Source: the human T2T-CHM13v2.0 reference genome, Homo sapiens | Assembly: GCF_009914755.1 (NCBI RefSeq) | Contig: NC_060930.1 | Reading direction: 5' to 3' (one strand) | Length of the DNA: 64,000 nt | Shown: positions 46,530 through 58,387 of the stretch, in pieces | Layout of the letters: each line of letters starts with the position of its first letter | Position numbering within the stretch: position 1 is the first letter of the stretch | Notes under the pieces: model-generated | Seen by the model: the letters and a program-made list of their open reading frames with translations, nothing else | Told to the model about the DNA's origin: nothing | The model's database searches: none | Program-made: the position numbers and the translations under genes

Positions 46530-46700
46530 AAAATATTCAGTCCCTTTGACCCAGCAGTTCCATTTTTGGGGAATCTTAAAAGGGTGAAGAAGTAGAAATT
46601 ACATATACCAAGTTGTTTCCAGCAGCATCATTTATACTAGTGAAAATAAGAAACATCCTAAATATTCAACAGCAACCGACTGGTTATATAATTATGATTA
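46530..46700 (+). mobile_element. Ancient L1M(E) fragment
   Basis: ccctttgacccagcagttccatttttggggaatc..cagcatcatttatactagtgaaaa. Confidence 0.5.
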
Positions 46701-46710
46701 GTCCATAAGG

Positions 46711-47053
46711 CAGTGGTTCCTAACCTTTTTGGCACCAGGGACCGGTTTTGTGGAAGACAATTTTTCCATGGAAGGGGTGGGGAGTGGCAGGGTAGGGTGT
46801 GGGGATAGTTTGGGGATGAAACTGTTCTACCTCAGATCATCAGGCATTAGTTAGATTCTCATAAGGAGAACACAACCTAGATCCCTGCATAACAGCTCAG
46901 AATAGGGTTCCTGCTGCTAAAAGAATCTAATGCTGCTGATGATCTGATAGGAGGCAGAGCTCAGACAGTAATGCTCGCTAGCCCTTGGCTTACTTCCTGC
47001 CTAACAGGCCATGGACAGGTACCAGTCTGTGGCCCGGGGGTTGTGGACCCCTG
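46711..47053 (+). mobile_element. MER1B-like hAT-Charlie MITE
   Basis: TIRs CAGTGGTTCCTAACC / GGTTGTGGACCCCTG, 343 bp, degenerate 8 bp TSD CCATAAGG/CCATAGAG. Confidence 0.88.
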
Positions 47054-47064
47054 CCATAGAGGAC

Positions 47065-47500
47065 ACTGTGGTCTATGTTAACCATAATAATTCTACCCAC
47101 CAACTACCATCCCAGGCCAATGATTGGATTGCAAATGGTCATGACTGAATTCTGAACATAAGAGGAAAAGTTTTCTGAGCAGTTTTGGGGAAAGTTATCT
47201 CTCCCCTAAGCAAGAGACACAAGAAGAAACCACCCATCTTCTAACTCTGAGCACTGTCCTCGATGTGGCCCCTGGAGCTGCTGCCCTCATCTTATGCCAC
47301 ACCTGAGAATGAAATCAACACTGAGAAGCGCATTTTGGAGATATGGGAAAGCCCGTGCTTGATGACAACACTGACCTATTGAATCAGTCAACCTAGAGCC
47401 TCAGCTTCTATGTAGGTGAAATATTAAACTTTCTTATGCCTTAAGCCAATTTGAGTTGAGTTTCTTTGTAATCTGCTGCCAAAAGAGAACTTAATTTGAT
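47065..47500 (+). mobile_element. Old MaLR LTR (MLT1-type)
   Basis: cctggagctgctgccctcatctt..cttatgccttaagccaatttgagttgagtttctt. Confidence 0.55.
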
Positions 47501-47844
47501 ATTGCCTATGCATTTTAACAGTGAAGACTAATGTAAACCTGTGGCAAGGATTTGTTAAAAATCTTAAATATGAAAGTAACATCCCCAAAAGTTTATTCAA
47601 TATATTATAACTAAAAAAAAGACTATATATACATTATACATTATTAAATATTAACAAAATATATCAGAGATGAAGAAATTACAAGTAAGTTATAAAATAT
47701 TTTGAAGTTTTTCATTAATATTTTAAGAGTTGCCTTCTAACTTTTCTTCATATCATTTCTCAAAATGGTGAGTTCTTAAAGGTTAAAGGACATATCTTAC
47801 TGATCCAATTTCAAGTACAGTTGCTGGAATATTTTTAGTTTTTA

Positions 47845-48212
47845 TGTCAGCATGAATTAGGTTCTGTTATAGTAATAAGAACAAAGGTTTATTTCTCGCT
47901 AGGCTACCACATCCACTGGAGTTAGATGGGGAAGCAGGTTCCTCATCAGAATTGCTCAGGAACTCAGACTGACAGAACAGCCACCATTCTGACCATTGCC
48001 TGTCACTATGCTAGAGGTAAGAAAAAAAAAAAAAAAGCATCCAAACTGCATACTGGATTTTAATGCTTTCACTACGTTATTTCCACTTGCATTTCATTAG
48101 CCAAAACAGGTCACATGGCCATGCCTGGGTTCAAAGGAAGAGAGAAAGTGTAATTCTCCCATGTCCCTGGAAGCCAGAAATATCTGGCAAATAGCCCTAA
48201 TGGCGATCACAG
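47845..48212 (-). mobile_element. Old MaLR LTR (MLT1-type)
   Basis: aaaggtttatttctcgct..tttcattagccaaaacaggtcacatggccatgcct. Confidence 0.55.
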
Positions 48213-49095
48213 GGCTACAACAAATGGCTGTTGGATGCAAAGCACAATTATATGTGCAGAAGGTAGACTTTTTTTATATCCCAGAGAGAAGGAAGAGATG
48301 AAGCCTCTATAGAGCAAAATTAGCATAGTGAGACACAAACAGCCCCTCCCTTGCTCTGAGTACACACTCAACTTCACACAGCAATTGATTCAGTATGTGG
48401 TTCAAGTTTCAGAATATTATAAATGTAGTGGAGACTTCTGTATCATTCTCAAAGTGCTATTATGAAAGACCATCAGACAGAAAGTAGATTAATTATTACA
48501 TTAATATCTCCCTCAAAAAATCTGCCTACATCACCAAAAGCCACAAATGGTGAAACTCCCTGATAGGACATACCTCATGCCTCAATCCCCTCCTTGCTAT
48601 CTTTTTGCATGTGTTTTGGAAGTTTTTTAAATTTTAACATTCTAGTCTCAGATGAAGCATACATTCTAAATTCTGAAACGTGGAGTCTATGTATCATAGT
48701 TCATTCCTCATCTCATTTATCTCATCTTCCCTTACATGCCTCTCTGCACAGTGGGAAAACTTTCTTTTGACCCCACTTTCTCCAAAATGGTTCCCTGATT
48801 ACCCCAGGTCAGAGCACAACCGCCCTTTTTTTTATTGCCAAGCTGTGATGTTTCCATGATTTACACCATTTAACTGTCATTCTTCCCTAGCTGCTTTCTC
48901 CAACAGTCTATAAAGTCCTTTGAGAATCATAGGTTGCTAGATGTCTAAATGGGCAAACTGAACACTACATTCTCTCTTCCCAGTCACTGCAAGGACAGGT
49001 GGAGTTCCTTCTCAAGGATTTCATCTCTAAGAGCAGTCCGGGAGCATGGCCAGACCCTGGGCTAGGGAGATGGACCAGCAGCTGAGTTAGGTGGA

Positions 49096-49470
49096 TGTAT
49101 TAGTTTGTCCTCATGCTGCTATAAAGAATTTCCCAAGACTGGGTAATTTATAAAGGAAAGAGGTTTAATTGACTCACAGTTCCACATGCTAGGGTGGCTT
49201 CAGGAAACTTAAAATCACGGTGGAAGGGGAAGCAAACACATCCTTCACATGGCGACAGGAGAGAGAAGTGCAGAGCAAAGCAGGCAAAAGCCCCTTATAA
49301 AACCATCAGATCTTGTGAAAACTTACTCACTATCACCCAGAACGGCAGCATGGGGGAAACCACCCCCATAATCTAATCACCTCCAATGAGGTCCCTCCCA
49401 CGACACTTGAGGATTATGGGAACTGCAATTCAAGATGATATTTGGGTGGGGGCGCAGCCAAACCATACCA
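49096..49470 (-). mobile_element. THE1 (C/D-like) solo LTR
   Basis: tgtattagt..gactgggtaatttataaaggaaagaggtttaattgactcacag..gccaaaccatacca; TSD GTGGA/GTGGG. Confidence 0.9.
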
Positions 49471-49489
49471 GTGGGAAAAGATTAGGGCC

Positions 49490-49610
49490 TCTTTCTCTCT
49501 CTCTCTCTCTGTCTCTCACTCTCTCTTTATATATATGTGTGTATATATATACACACATACAAATATATAATACATACATATATATATATAAAAGGAGACA
49601 TATATATATT
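49490..49610. repeat. (CT)n and (AT)n/(AC)n simple repeats
   Basis: Direct inspection. Confidence 0.85.
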
Positions 49611-50202
49611 TCATCTTACCCTTCCCAGACTGTATCAACCAAAAACCTTTAGGCTGTAAGTACTGGAAACCTTTACTTTATTTCTTTTTTAAGAATGTTT
49701 GTTTTAAGGGTAGGGTTAGTTTCAGGCCAGGATTCATCCAGGGACTCAAATGATTTCATCAGGATGTGATTTCTCCTCCTCTGCTTATCTGCCCTCCTTT
49801 CTTGCTACTTGCTCAGTGTTGGGCAGATTTTCCTTCATGAGCACACGGTGGACACCAGGAGTTCCAAGGGTCATATCCAGTTCTCAGCAGTCCGAGAAAA
49901 GCCCATTGCTTTACACACTGTCCACATCAGGTGTCTCCCCAGTCAACCTGCCAATAAGTGGCCTGGAGGATTAGATATGCAGATTGGATTAGGCTTACCA
50001 GGCTTGCCCCTGGGGGTGAGGGTTGGGTTATGTCTACCCAACCCATGGTGGTGGGGGTGCAGGTGATGTTCTGCCAATGGAAATTCAAGGCACTCTGTTA
50101 TGGAAAAAAGATTGAAAGGATGCCAATAATCCTAACACAGGCTCTCAGCCTGCCTTTCCTAGGTTCTGCTGCTTTTCTTTACTGCTTCAAAATTGGCCTT
50201 CC

Positions 50203-50715
50203 TTTCTTTATCCAGTCTATCACTGATGGACATTTGGGTTGATTCCATGTCTTTGCTATTGTGAATAGTACTGCAATGAACATACATGTGCATGTATGTT
50301 TATAATATAATTATCTGTGGTACATATACACCATAGAATACTATGCAGCCACAAAAAGGAATGAGATTATGTCCTTGGCAGAGACATGGATGGAGCTGTG
50401 GGGCATTATCCTCAGCAAAGTAACACAGGAACAGAAAACCAAACACTGTATGTTCTCACTTATAAGTGGGAGCTGAACAATGAGAATACATGGGCACATA
50501 GAGAGGGGAACAACACACACTGGGGCCTGTTGTGGGTGGCAGATAAGGGAGGGAGGGAATCAGGAAGAATAGCTAATGGATGCTGGGCTTAATGCTTAGG
50601 TGATGGGATGATCTGTGCAGCAAATCATCATGGCACACGTTTACCTATGTAACAAACCTGCACATCCTGCACATGTACCCCAGAACTTAAAATGAGTTGA
50701 GAAAAATATAAAAAA
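50203..50715 (+). mobile_element. 5'-inverted (twin-primed) L1PA 3' fragment, PA12-16-like
   Basis: 50203-50315 is antisense L1; 50316 onward is sense L1 through the 3'UTR; the two breakpoints are adjacent in L1 coordinates. Confidence 0.9.
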
Positions 50716-51286
50716 GCCTTTCTTTTGTTTCATTCTGTGGGGAAGGGGAAGCGGTGAAGGTAGAAGAAACCTGGTCTCAGTATTCGGTAACAGTGATTAC
50801 TTCCTGTGTTGGTCCTTCTTAAGCCATATTTCTATTTTAATGGGGACTTCCTAAAGATCCACTGGTTCAGAAGAAAGATCACTGGCTGGTAGTTTAACAT
50901 CTAGTGTTGAGTCTCTGCTCAGAGACTTCAGATAACTTACTTTGTGGGCTCGTTCTTTTTATTCATGAATGAAGAAAGATGAACATATCTTCAAGGCATC
51001 TCTGGAAGCTATGATTTTATTGTTCTATGAAACTGGGACAGAATTGCAAAAGTTACTTGCTCCATTTCTCATAACTGGCAAGATGTCCCAACTTCATCCT
51101 CCCAATTTCAAGGGAGAGGCTCTTTCGAGTATACCACAGCTGACATATTCCAAGACGGATTAGGAAGGTGATGTTAATGGTATTGTTAATCCATTGTATT
51201 TGTGGGTAGGGGGGTGTGGTTAAGAAGGCATAGACACCACTCGGTTTTCAAATTGATGAAAGAAATTATATTAAAATTGGTACAAG

Positions 51287-51472
51287 CACACACCGGGGAC
51301 TGTTATGGGGTGGGGGGCGGGGCGAGGGATAGCATTAGGAGATATACCTAATGCTAAATGACGAGTTAATGGGTGCAGCACACCAACATGGCACATGTAT
51401 ACATATGTAACAAATCTGCACGTTGTGCACATGTACCCTAAAACTTAAAGTATAATAACAATAAAATAAAAT
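51287..51472 (+). mobile_element. L1PA3/4-like 3'UTR fragment
   Basis: gctaaatgacgagttaatgggtgcagcacaccaacatggc; 16 bp TSD AAAATTGGTACAAGCA / AAAATAGGTACAAGCA. Confidence 0.92.
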
Positions 51473-52689
51473 AAAATAGGTACAAGCAAGGAAATTTTGA
51501 CTATTTCTGACCCATGGAGGAAACAAGTTTGGTGTTAGATATACTTGTATCTGGTTTACAGTGAATGTGGGACAGTCATGTGGAAATGCCCAGAAGACAT
51601 TTAAAATGGAAATGCATCTCGGCAGCTAGGATGGGGCTGAAAAGGTGGAGGCTGAAATGGACTGAATGAAAAGCATCATAGAACGTGGATCAGAGTCCTA
51701 GGGGAGATGGCACAGGGGGAGATTCTAAGACTGGAAAGAGTCTACCTTTCAGCGATGAGAGCGGGGCACCATAAAGAGACCTAGAAGAGGAGAATCAGGA
51801 AAATTCATGGAAGATTTGCTGAAACCAGATGGGAAGAGACAATTTCTGGATGGCTGGATGAGGGCAAGGGGTAGAGTGAGAACTGAGAGCGCCAAGTGCC
51901 TTTGCTCAGGATGGACTTCCACATCTTTCCTGTGAGGGCAGTTTCAGGTCACTGGGTCACTGGGTGGGGGAGGGTTCCAGACAATGATTGTAGGAAGCTA
52001 AGGACAAAGTGAGTGTTGAAAGGAAGGTGGTGAACACAGCTGAGGTCAGGCAGCCCCGACTGCCCAGCTGAACAGGAGGGCAAGGGGCTGGGAGTGTGGA
52101 AGACATTGAGAAAAGTAAAGGGACCTGAGAACCACAGCTGCGAGGAATAAATGAAGGAAACAACTACATTTGGTTTTTAGAACTTGCCCAGCAGATCTGA
52201 CTCGCTGACATTAAATTATGCGCACGGCTCCTTGGAAGCACACTGGAACTGGATGTCAAAGCAGTGAGACAGAAAACTGGAACGAACGCTACACAAGATA
52301 AACGAAATGAACTTTTGTATTTATTTTGATCCCTCAATACTCCCTGTGGAGACAGTCAACCCTTCAAGGGCCAGGACCCTGTCATCCATCCTCCTTTCGT
52401 CTCCCTATTCTGCTTGGCAAAATGTTGTGGAACCCAATGGATCTGGACTTACCAAGGAAAAGGGATGAACCCTCTAAATCAAAGGGATTATTAAGGGGTG
52501 AGCAGATATTCCTCCTCAAGAGAAAAACTTGAGAAGTCTATGGACTTCTCAAGGAAAGTGGCATGATTACAAATGGAATTACAAATTCCTTCATTATCCC
52601 ATAATAAAACTTGAGTGGAAAATACCTTCTCACTTAAAAAAAAATTAATTGGCATTCCACAGATCTTATTTCTTGTGTAAAGAAGTGAC

Positions 52690-53050
52690 CATTTGGGAGG
52701 AAGCCGGCCCACTACTGAAACAATCTGCAAAAGCACGTCCTCTTAATCGTCTTTTGTCGAAGAAAAAGGAGAGACAGAATGGATACTTGAAGGGGTGGGG
52801 AATGACCTGAAAGGCGCTGTTGCGTTTCCTCCAGGCAGCTTGCTGAAGAGCCCGGCGGCTGTGCTGTCCGTGCTTCCGCCTGGTGGACAGAGTTGGTAAT
52901 TCTGACTGCTTGGGGACTGTGAGGAAAGGAAAACTTCCTGCTTCCCAATTTTAAAAAAAGAAAAAGAAACAGCAAACATGAGCCAGAAAAGACTGTCCAG
53001 TGTAGAGTACCTGTAATGCAGCCGCGACCAGCTTCCTGACAGCTGCAAAC
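52690..53050. promoter_or_regulatory. Candidate promoter/enhancer (CpG-retaining, ETS-like motifs)
   Basis: 12 CpGs in about 330 bp of non-repeat sequence; GGAA/TTCC cores including ACTTCCTG (~52933) and GCTTCCG. No direct evidence of function. Confidence 0.35.
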
Positions 53051-54543
53051 ACATTCCTTGTGAGGCCACTCTGTAGGCCTGTAAGGCAGAGCAACACTCC
53101 TCATGCTGAGTTGGAGAAAAGCAAGGCAGGCGACTGCAGAGGACAGCAGGTGAATCTCTGGTCTCTTGGGGACACAGCCTTTGCTGTGGTTTCAGTCCTG
53201 GCATCAGAACTCTTTTTTTTTTTTTTTTTTTTTTTCTGGATCTGGGCTGTGTTATCCTGCTGCCCTTTTTGGTTCAGGACTCAGTGATGAAACAATCAGT
53301 GACCACAGGGTAGGCAAAACACATTCTGGAGGTTCACTGCTCAGGAAGAGATGTGACAAGTTAATGAGATGCAGCCCAAGTCTCTTCTCCATTGTTTCTC
53401 CTGTTTCTTTACAGGCAGCCAAACCATGACAGGAGGTCAGCGTCGGTGGAGGCATGGCTGGTGCGAGCAGACATCAATCACCTTGGGTGGGAGACTGGGT
53501 TCTGGCTTCACGTGAAGGTGGAGTCTCTCTCCTATGCTTCACTTCTCTGGAGAAGTATCTCAAAGTCATATCGGCTCAAACACTCAGTCCTTAGCTATTC
53601 GCAGCCAAATATCAGTTTAAAAGTGCCCTGTGCTCCTTGTTGCCAGGGCCACCACATTTCTATGACCCTTTTCCGTCACAGCAGAGAAAAACCAAAACAG
53701 TCCTCTGCAATTGGTCATTTGGTGTTTCATGAAAAAGAACTGGCAGATAGTTAAACGGCTAAAACCAATGGTTATTAGAAATTTGGGCAGGATCTGTAGA
53801 TATGCCTTCTCTACTGAACAGAAATGTCCTATCACTTACTGAAATAATTTCATGAAGACAGCTTTGAAGCAGAAAATGAAAAAAAGTATAAATTCCACAT
53901 AGTAGTGCAAACACAGAGCACTATCTATTGTTTTAAGAAATAACTGACTTTTAAAACCTTCATACAATTTATAAATCAAAATCATTTTTCCCTTGAGAAC
54001 AATCCAAAAAGAGTAAAGCATTCAAAGCACCAAATTTTCAAAAGACCTATTGGATTTAAAGATTCTATCCAAGGAAATAACTCACTGTATTATTTAAATG
54101 GCCATGCAGCTCTTCGAGGCCCAGATGCAAGACACCATCAAAGTAAAAAGTGTTATTAGTAACCCTTGGTGGCCAGCCATCTCCTTCCCCTGCTCTTCCA
54201 GGGAAGCATCTGCCTAGTTCCATTTTGTTATTTGATTTCATTATATATTTTTCAGACATCTGCTCCCAGGCTCTCTGAGACAACAGTGAATTCTGCTTAG
54301 AGATGAAATTGCACATGAAGGAGAATGTAGAGCAGAATCCCTGAAACCTGATGATCCCTTTAAAGGAGTTTGGAGAACTTCAAGCACAGCCTCTCCACTA
54401 AACACCATTCAACTGGAGGCCAAGGAGCCACATTACTGAATTACTCCTTGAAAATAATACAATAGAATAAATGAACAATAGAGAAACCACTCAGCGAATA
54501 AGATTCTGTTTATTATGCTGAATTAGATACTCAGCTGTTTGGT

Positions 54544-55618
54544 TGTAGCAGACTCTGTCAGTGCTCTGCCTCTTGTCTCCTCAGATCCCTCTGCAGTGTG
54601 TGTGTGCATGTTGTGTGTGTGTGTTTGTTCTCTCAGCACCTTCCAATTTGTGATTACTCTCATTAGCTAACAACTGTGTCACTTGTTGAAGGGCTGCTCT
54701 CAGGCTTCCACTTGGTTGGAAAGGCAGGGAGCATGTGAATTTATGCCTCTTCCACTGCAGACATCCTTAATCAATGACAAGCAGGTGTGAAGTATAAATA
54801 CCCCAGCTCCCTTGCCCTTGATGGAAACTACTCTGAGTGGTAAACTGTGTTGTCTGTAGAGCTTCCGTGCAGGACTGAGCAAAATTTACTGTAGTGGTTT
54901 TAAAATATGTCCACAAATTATTTGATGCTCCTCCCTTAAAAAGGTGGAAGCTAATTTTTCTTCTCCTTATATGTAGGCCAGACTTGGTGATTCACTTTTA
55001 AAGAATAGAAGATGAGGAGCAATGCTATGTGACTTTCAAGGCTAGGTCATATAAAGAATGGGTTCTGTCTGGCACTCTCTCTTGGACTACACATTCTGGA
55101 GAAAACAGCAGCCACATCATGAGGACACTCAAGCAGTCCTGGGAGAGGTCCATGTGGAGAGGAATGAGGTCTTCTGACAACAGCCAGCACTAACTTACCA
55201 TCCATGTGAGTGAGTGACCTTGGAGGTGGATCCTCCTGCCCCAGATAAGCCTTCAAATGACTGCAGCCCCAGCTGACATCTCAAGTGCAACAACTTGAGA
55301 GACCTCCAGGGAGATATACCCAGTCAAGCCACTCATGAAATATTAATCCACGTACACTCAGAGGCATAATAAATATTTATTGTTGTCTTAAGCCACTATG
55401 CTTGGGCAGTTTGTTACACAGAAATATATAACTGATACAATTTCTCTCCAAGAGACTGTCCTTAATCCTGCACCTTTGTTTGCCTTCTTCCTTTCCTAAT
55501 CATGCTTTCCCCTTTATCCCCCTATGGACTTTCCCTAGGAACACTTCCTAATAAATCCCTTTCACAAGAATTGTCTTGGAATCAAGTTCCTGTTTTGGTT
55601 AAACCTTCTTGTAAAATA
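54544..55618 (+). mobile_element. LTR16-like ERVL LTR split by an MLT1F-like LTR
   Basis: LTR16 motifs (aatcaatgacaagcagg..gtataaataccccagctccctt; cacttcctaataaatccctttcac) on both sides of the nested element. Confidence 0.6.
54890..55439 (+). mobile_element. MLT1F-like LTR
   Basis: TGTAGTGGTTTTAAAATATGTCCACAAATT start; ..aggtccatgtggagaggaatgagg..; ataactgataca end. Confidence 0.8.
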
Positions 55619-56304
55619 GTCCTCATTCAGGTCCTGTTTCCTGGCTCAAGTTGGCTTTTACTTTTGAAGAATTTTCTAGACTAGTTTTACCTTTTCCCAT
55701 ACTAATTATCCTCAATCCTTTCCTTTACCACCTAGAGCATGGCAACACAATTTCCTCAGTTCATGAACCACAGGTGAGCATGAGGTTGATGTCATGAAAG
55801 CAAGCAAAGAGAGGGAAGACCTTTACCTACCCACCAGCTGCCAATGTGAGCATTTCAGCACCTAGCAGACAAACTCCACTCTGCCTCTGCGGTCTCAGAG
55901 TGACCCGTGGGAGCTACTAGTTTGGCAGTAGGATGGAAGGTGCCTCTCCTGCCTGGCTGCAACTGCAAGTGGTGAGAGAATCCTTGTGAGCTTGGGCTGC
56001 ATTTAAGTCAGACAGCAGTCCATATTTGGATGGAGTGCTTCTCTGGGCATTATGGGAAGGAAACTGTGAACCAATGTGAATTCCTTTTTACAAGTAAACT
56101 TCAAGGGAGAACATAGGTTCTATAAAATCTATGCTCTGTCAATTTCTCCCAATGAAGGAAAAAACAAAAACATGAATAATCTTGGGATATTTCCAACATG
56201 AAACTCATGGCCTTGAGAAGCAATGCTACTGTAATATGGACTGTGCTGAACCATCAGAAACTGCAAGAGAATATACACAGCCAGAGATGAACAAGAGGTT
56301 CTAG

Positions 56305-56568
56305 GACAGACTCTGTTCTTTGCCTCTTCCAGAAGCTGCTGGCACTTTTTTGCCTCCTGGCTGCATTATTCCAATCTCTGCTTCCATCATCATCCTTGTG
56401 ATTACACTTAGGGCCCACCTAGATCACTTAGGGGAATCTCTCCATCTCAAAATCCTTAACTTAATCACATCTGCAAAAGTCCCCTTTACCATTTAAGGTA
56501 AATATTCACACGTTCCCAGGATTAGGAAGAGCATATCCTTAGAGGACCATTATTTAGCCTATCGTATT
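56305..56568 (-). mobile_element. MLT1B/C-like LTR fragment
   Basis: gattacacttagggcccacctagat..catctcaaaatccttaacttaatcacatctgcaaaagtccc. Confidence 0.7.
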
Positions 56569-57183
56569 GCCCTTCTTTTTGAGCCAGGAAGCTCTCTTCC
56601 TGGGCATTGAGTGTTGGCCCTCCTGTTCTTTGCATTAGCAGCTCCAAATACAAAATAAAAAATAACAGTCTTCTGGATAGAAGAGGGCTGAAATGATTTC
56701 TCAGTAGACTTGGACCTCCTCGATAAATGGGAAAACTGTACTTTTAACCTGGTTACCTTCAGAACCTTGCCCAGAATAAAATCACAGCTTGTTTGCCAGC
56801 TCTAAAGATTGAGTCATTTATCTGGCCCCACAATGAAAAACAATATTTCCAACCCTATTGAGAGATTCTACATCACCTCACCCACATCCCATCCTTCATC
56901 CCCCTCAGAACCAAAGGGCAAAGAAGCTAGGAACACCTAGAGTGGCAGCAGTTTCCCTTGGTGAAAACATGATGGAAATGCTGGGAGTTTTATCAGTTTC
57001 ATTTATCTGAGAAATGTCCTCCGATGCATCATTATGTTCCCAGATCCACAACTGATACCCAGACCAAGGAACATGTAAAGTCGTATGGTGGGGGCTGAAA
57101 ATATCCAGACTTGTGAAAAACACAGAGCAGGAAGCCTGAACTCCCTCTGGAGATGATGAGAGAGATAGTAAAACTTGAGTTTT

Positions 57184-57226
57184 CACACAAACACACACAC
57201 ACACACACACATGCTCACACACACAC
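57184..57226. repeat. (CA)n microsatellite
   Basis: Direct inspection. Confidence 0.9.
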
Positions 57227-57972
57227 TATTGCACAGAGATTGAGAGGGAAACCACTATTGCGACAAGAACTCCAGGACTTAAAGAGTCCCTGGTGGTACA
57301 AAGGATCCAGATATCAGCTAATATATGCTGCCAAACAAGTGGACTCTCTAGGAGAATCTGACTTGATGAGCCAGCAAGAGGCCTGGCTGGAGAAAGTCCT
57401 TCAGGAGGTGTGGGACATGTTAGTGCTTTGGACTCAAGGGATCAGGACATTTTTACAAGTTAAAAAAAAAAGGAAACACAAAAGAGGTCATATGGTAAGG
57501 TGCTAGGCTCTTATTGTTTCCGGGCTTAAGTCCTAAAAATCAGGACAAAAGGAAAGAATTAAGTGTGGTTTAACACACACACAAACACACATGCACTGAT
57601 TTTTTAAACTTATTTATATAAATCGTGTCTACGGAGGATTTTCCAACCTAGGTTGCCTGTGGTGAGAAAACAGAGACTATTTAAATAAGCTTCCAGGGAA
57701 GGAATTGCAGGAGACAGTTGCTTTGTAAGCTGGAAACATAGCACATGAGACCCGTTCACCCCTTCACTCAAAGTAAAAGTCTCTCATTTGAACTTGAATC
57801 TCTAATCAACAGACTTCATGGCTGCCACCAATCTTTCTCTGTTTCACCTTTATAATCTGTAATATGTTTTCATCTTTAAAAGGGATGTGAGGTTTAACAA
57901 CCATCTGTATGTTCCTGCAATAATTGGCTGCTCAATTTCTTCATGTGAATTTGTGTTTAAAAAGAGGCGAGA

Positions 57973-58387
57973 TTACTGTAGACTTGTAGTATAGTATGGA
58001 ACGAACCCAAATGCCCATCAATGATAGACTAAAGAAAATGTGGTACATATACACCATGGAATACTATGCAGGCATAAGAAGGCATGAGATCATGTCCTTT
58101 GTAGGGACATGGATGAAGCTGGAAGCCATCTTCCTCAGCAAACTAACACAGGAATAGAAAACCAAACACCACATATTCTCACTCACAAGTGGGAGTTGAA
58201 CAATGAGAACACACGGACACAGGGATGGCAACAATACACACTGGGGCCTGTTGGTGGCTGGGGGACGAAAGGAGGGAACCTAGAGGATGAGTCAATAGGT
58301 GCAGCAAACCACCATGGCACACCTATACCTATGTAACAAACCTGCATGTTCTGCACATGTACCCCAGAACTTAAAGTAAACAACAAC
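57973..58387 (+). mobile_element. L1PA (PA8A-like) 3' fragment with a 23 nt 5' inversion
   Basis: TSD AAAAGAGGCGAGATT (57960-57974) / AAAAGAGGCCAGATT (58388-58402); 3'UTR gggaacctagaggatgagtcaataggtgcagc. Confidence 0.9.

Noticed and set aside
52712-53754. Overlapping 120-153 aa ORFs in the CpG-retaining region
   Set aside because: No recognisable protein similarity; expected from the locally higher GC.
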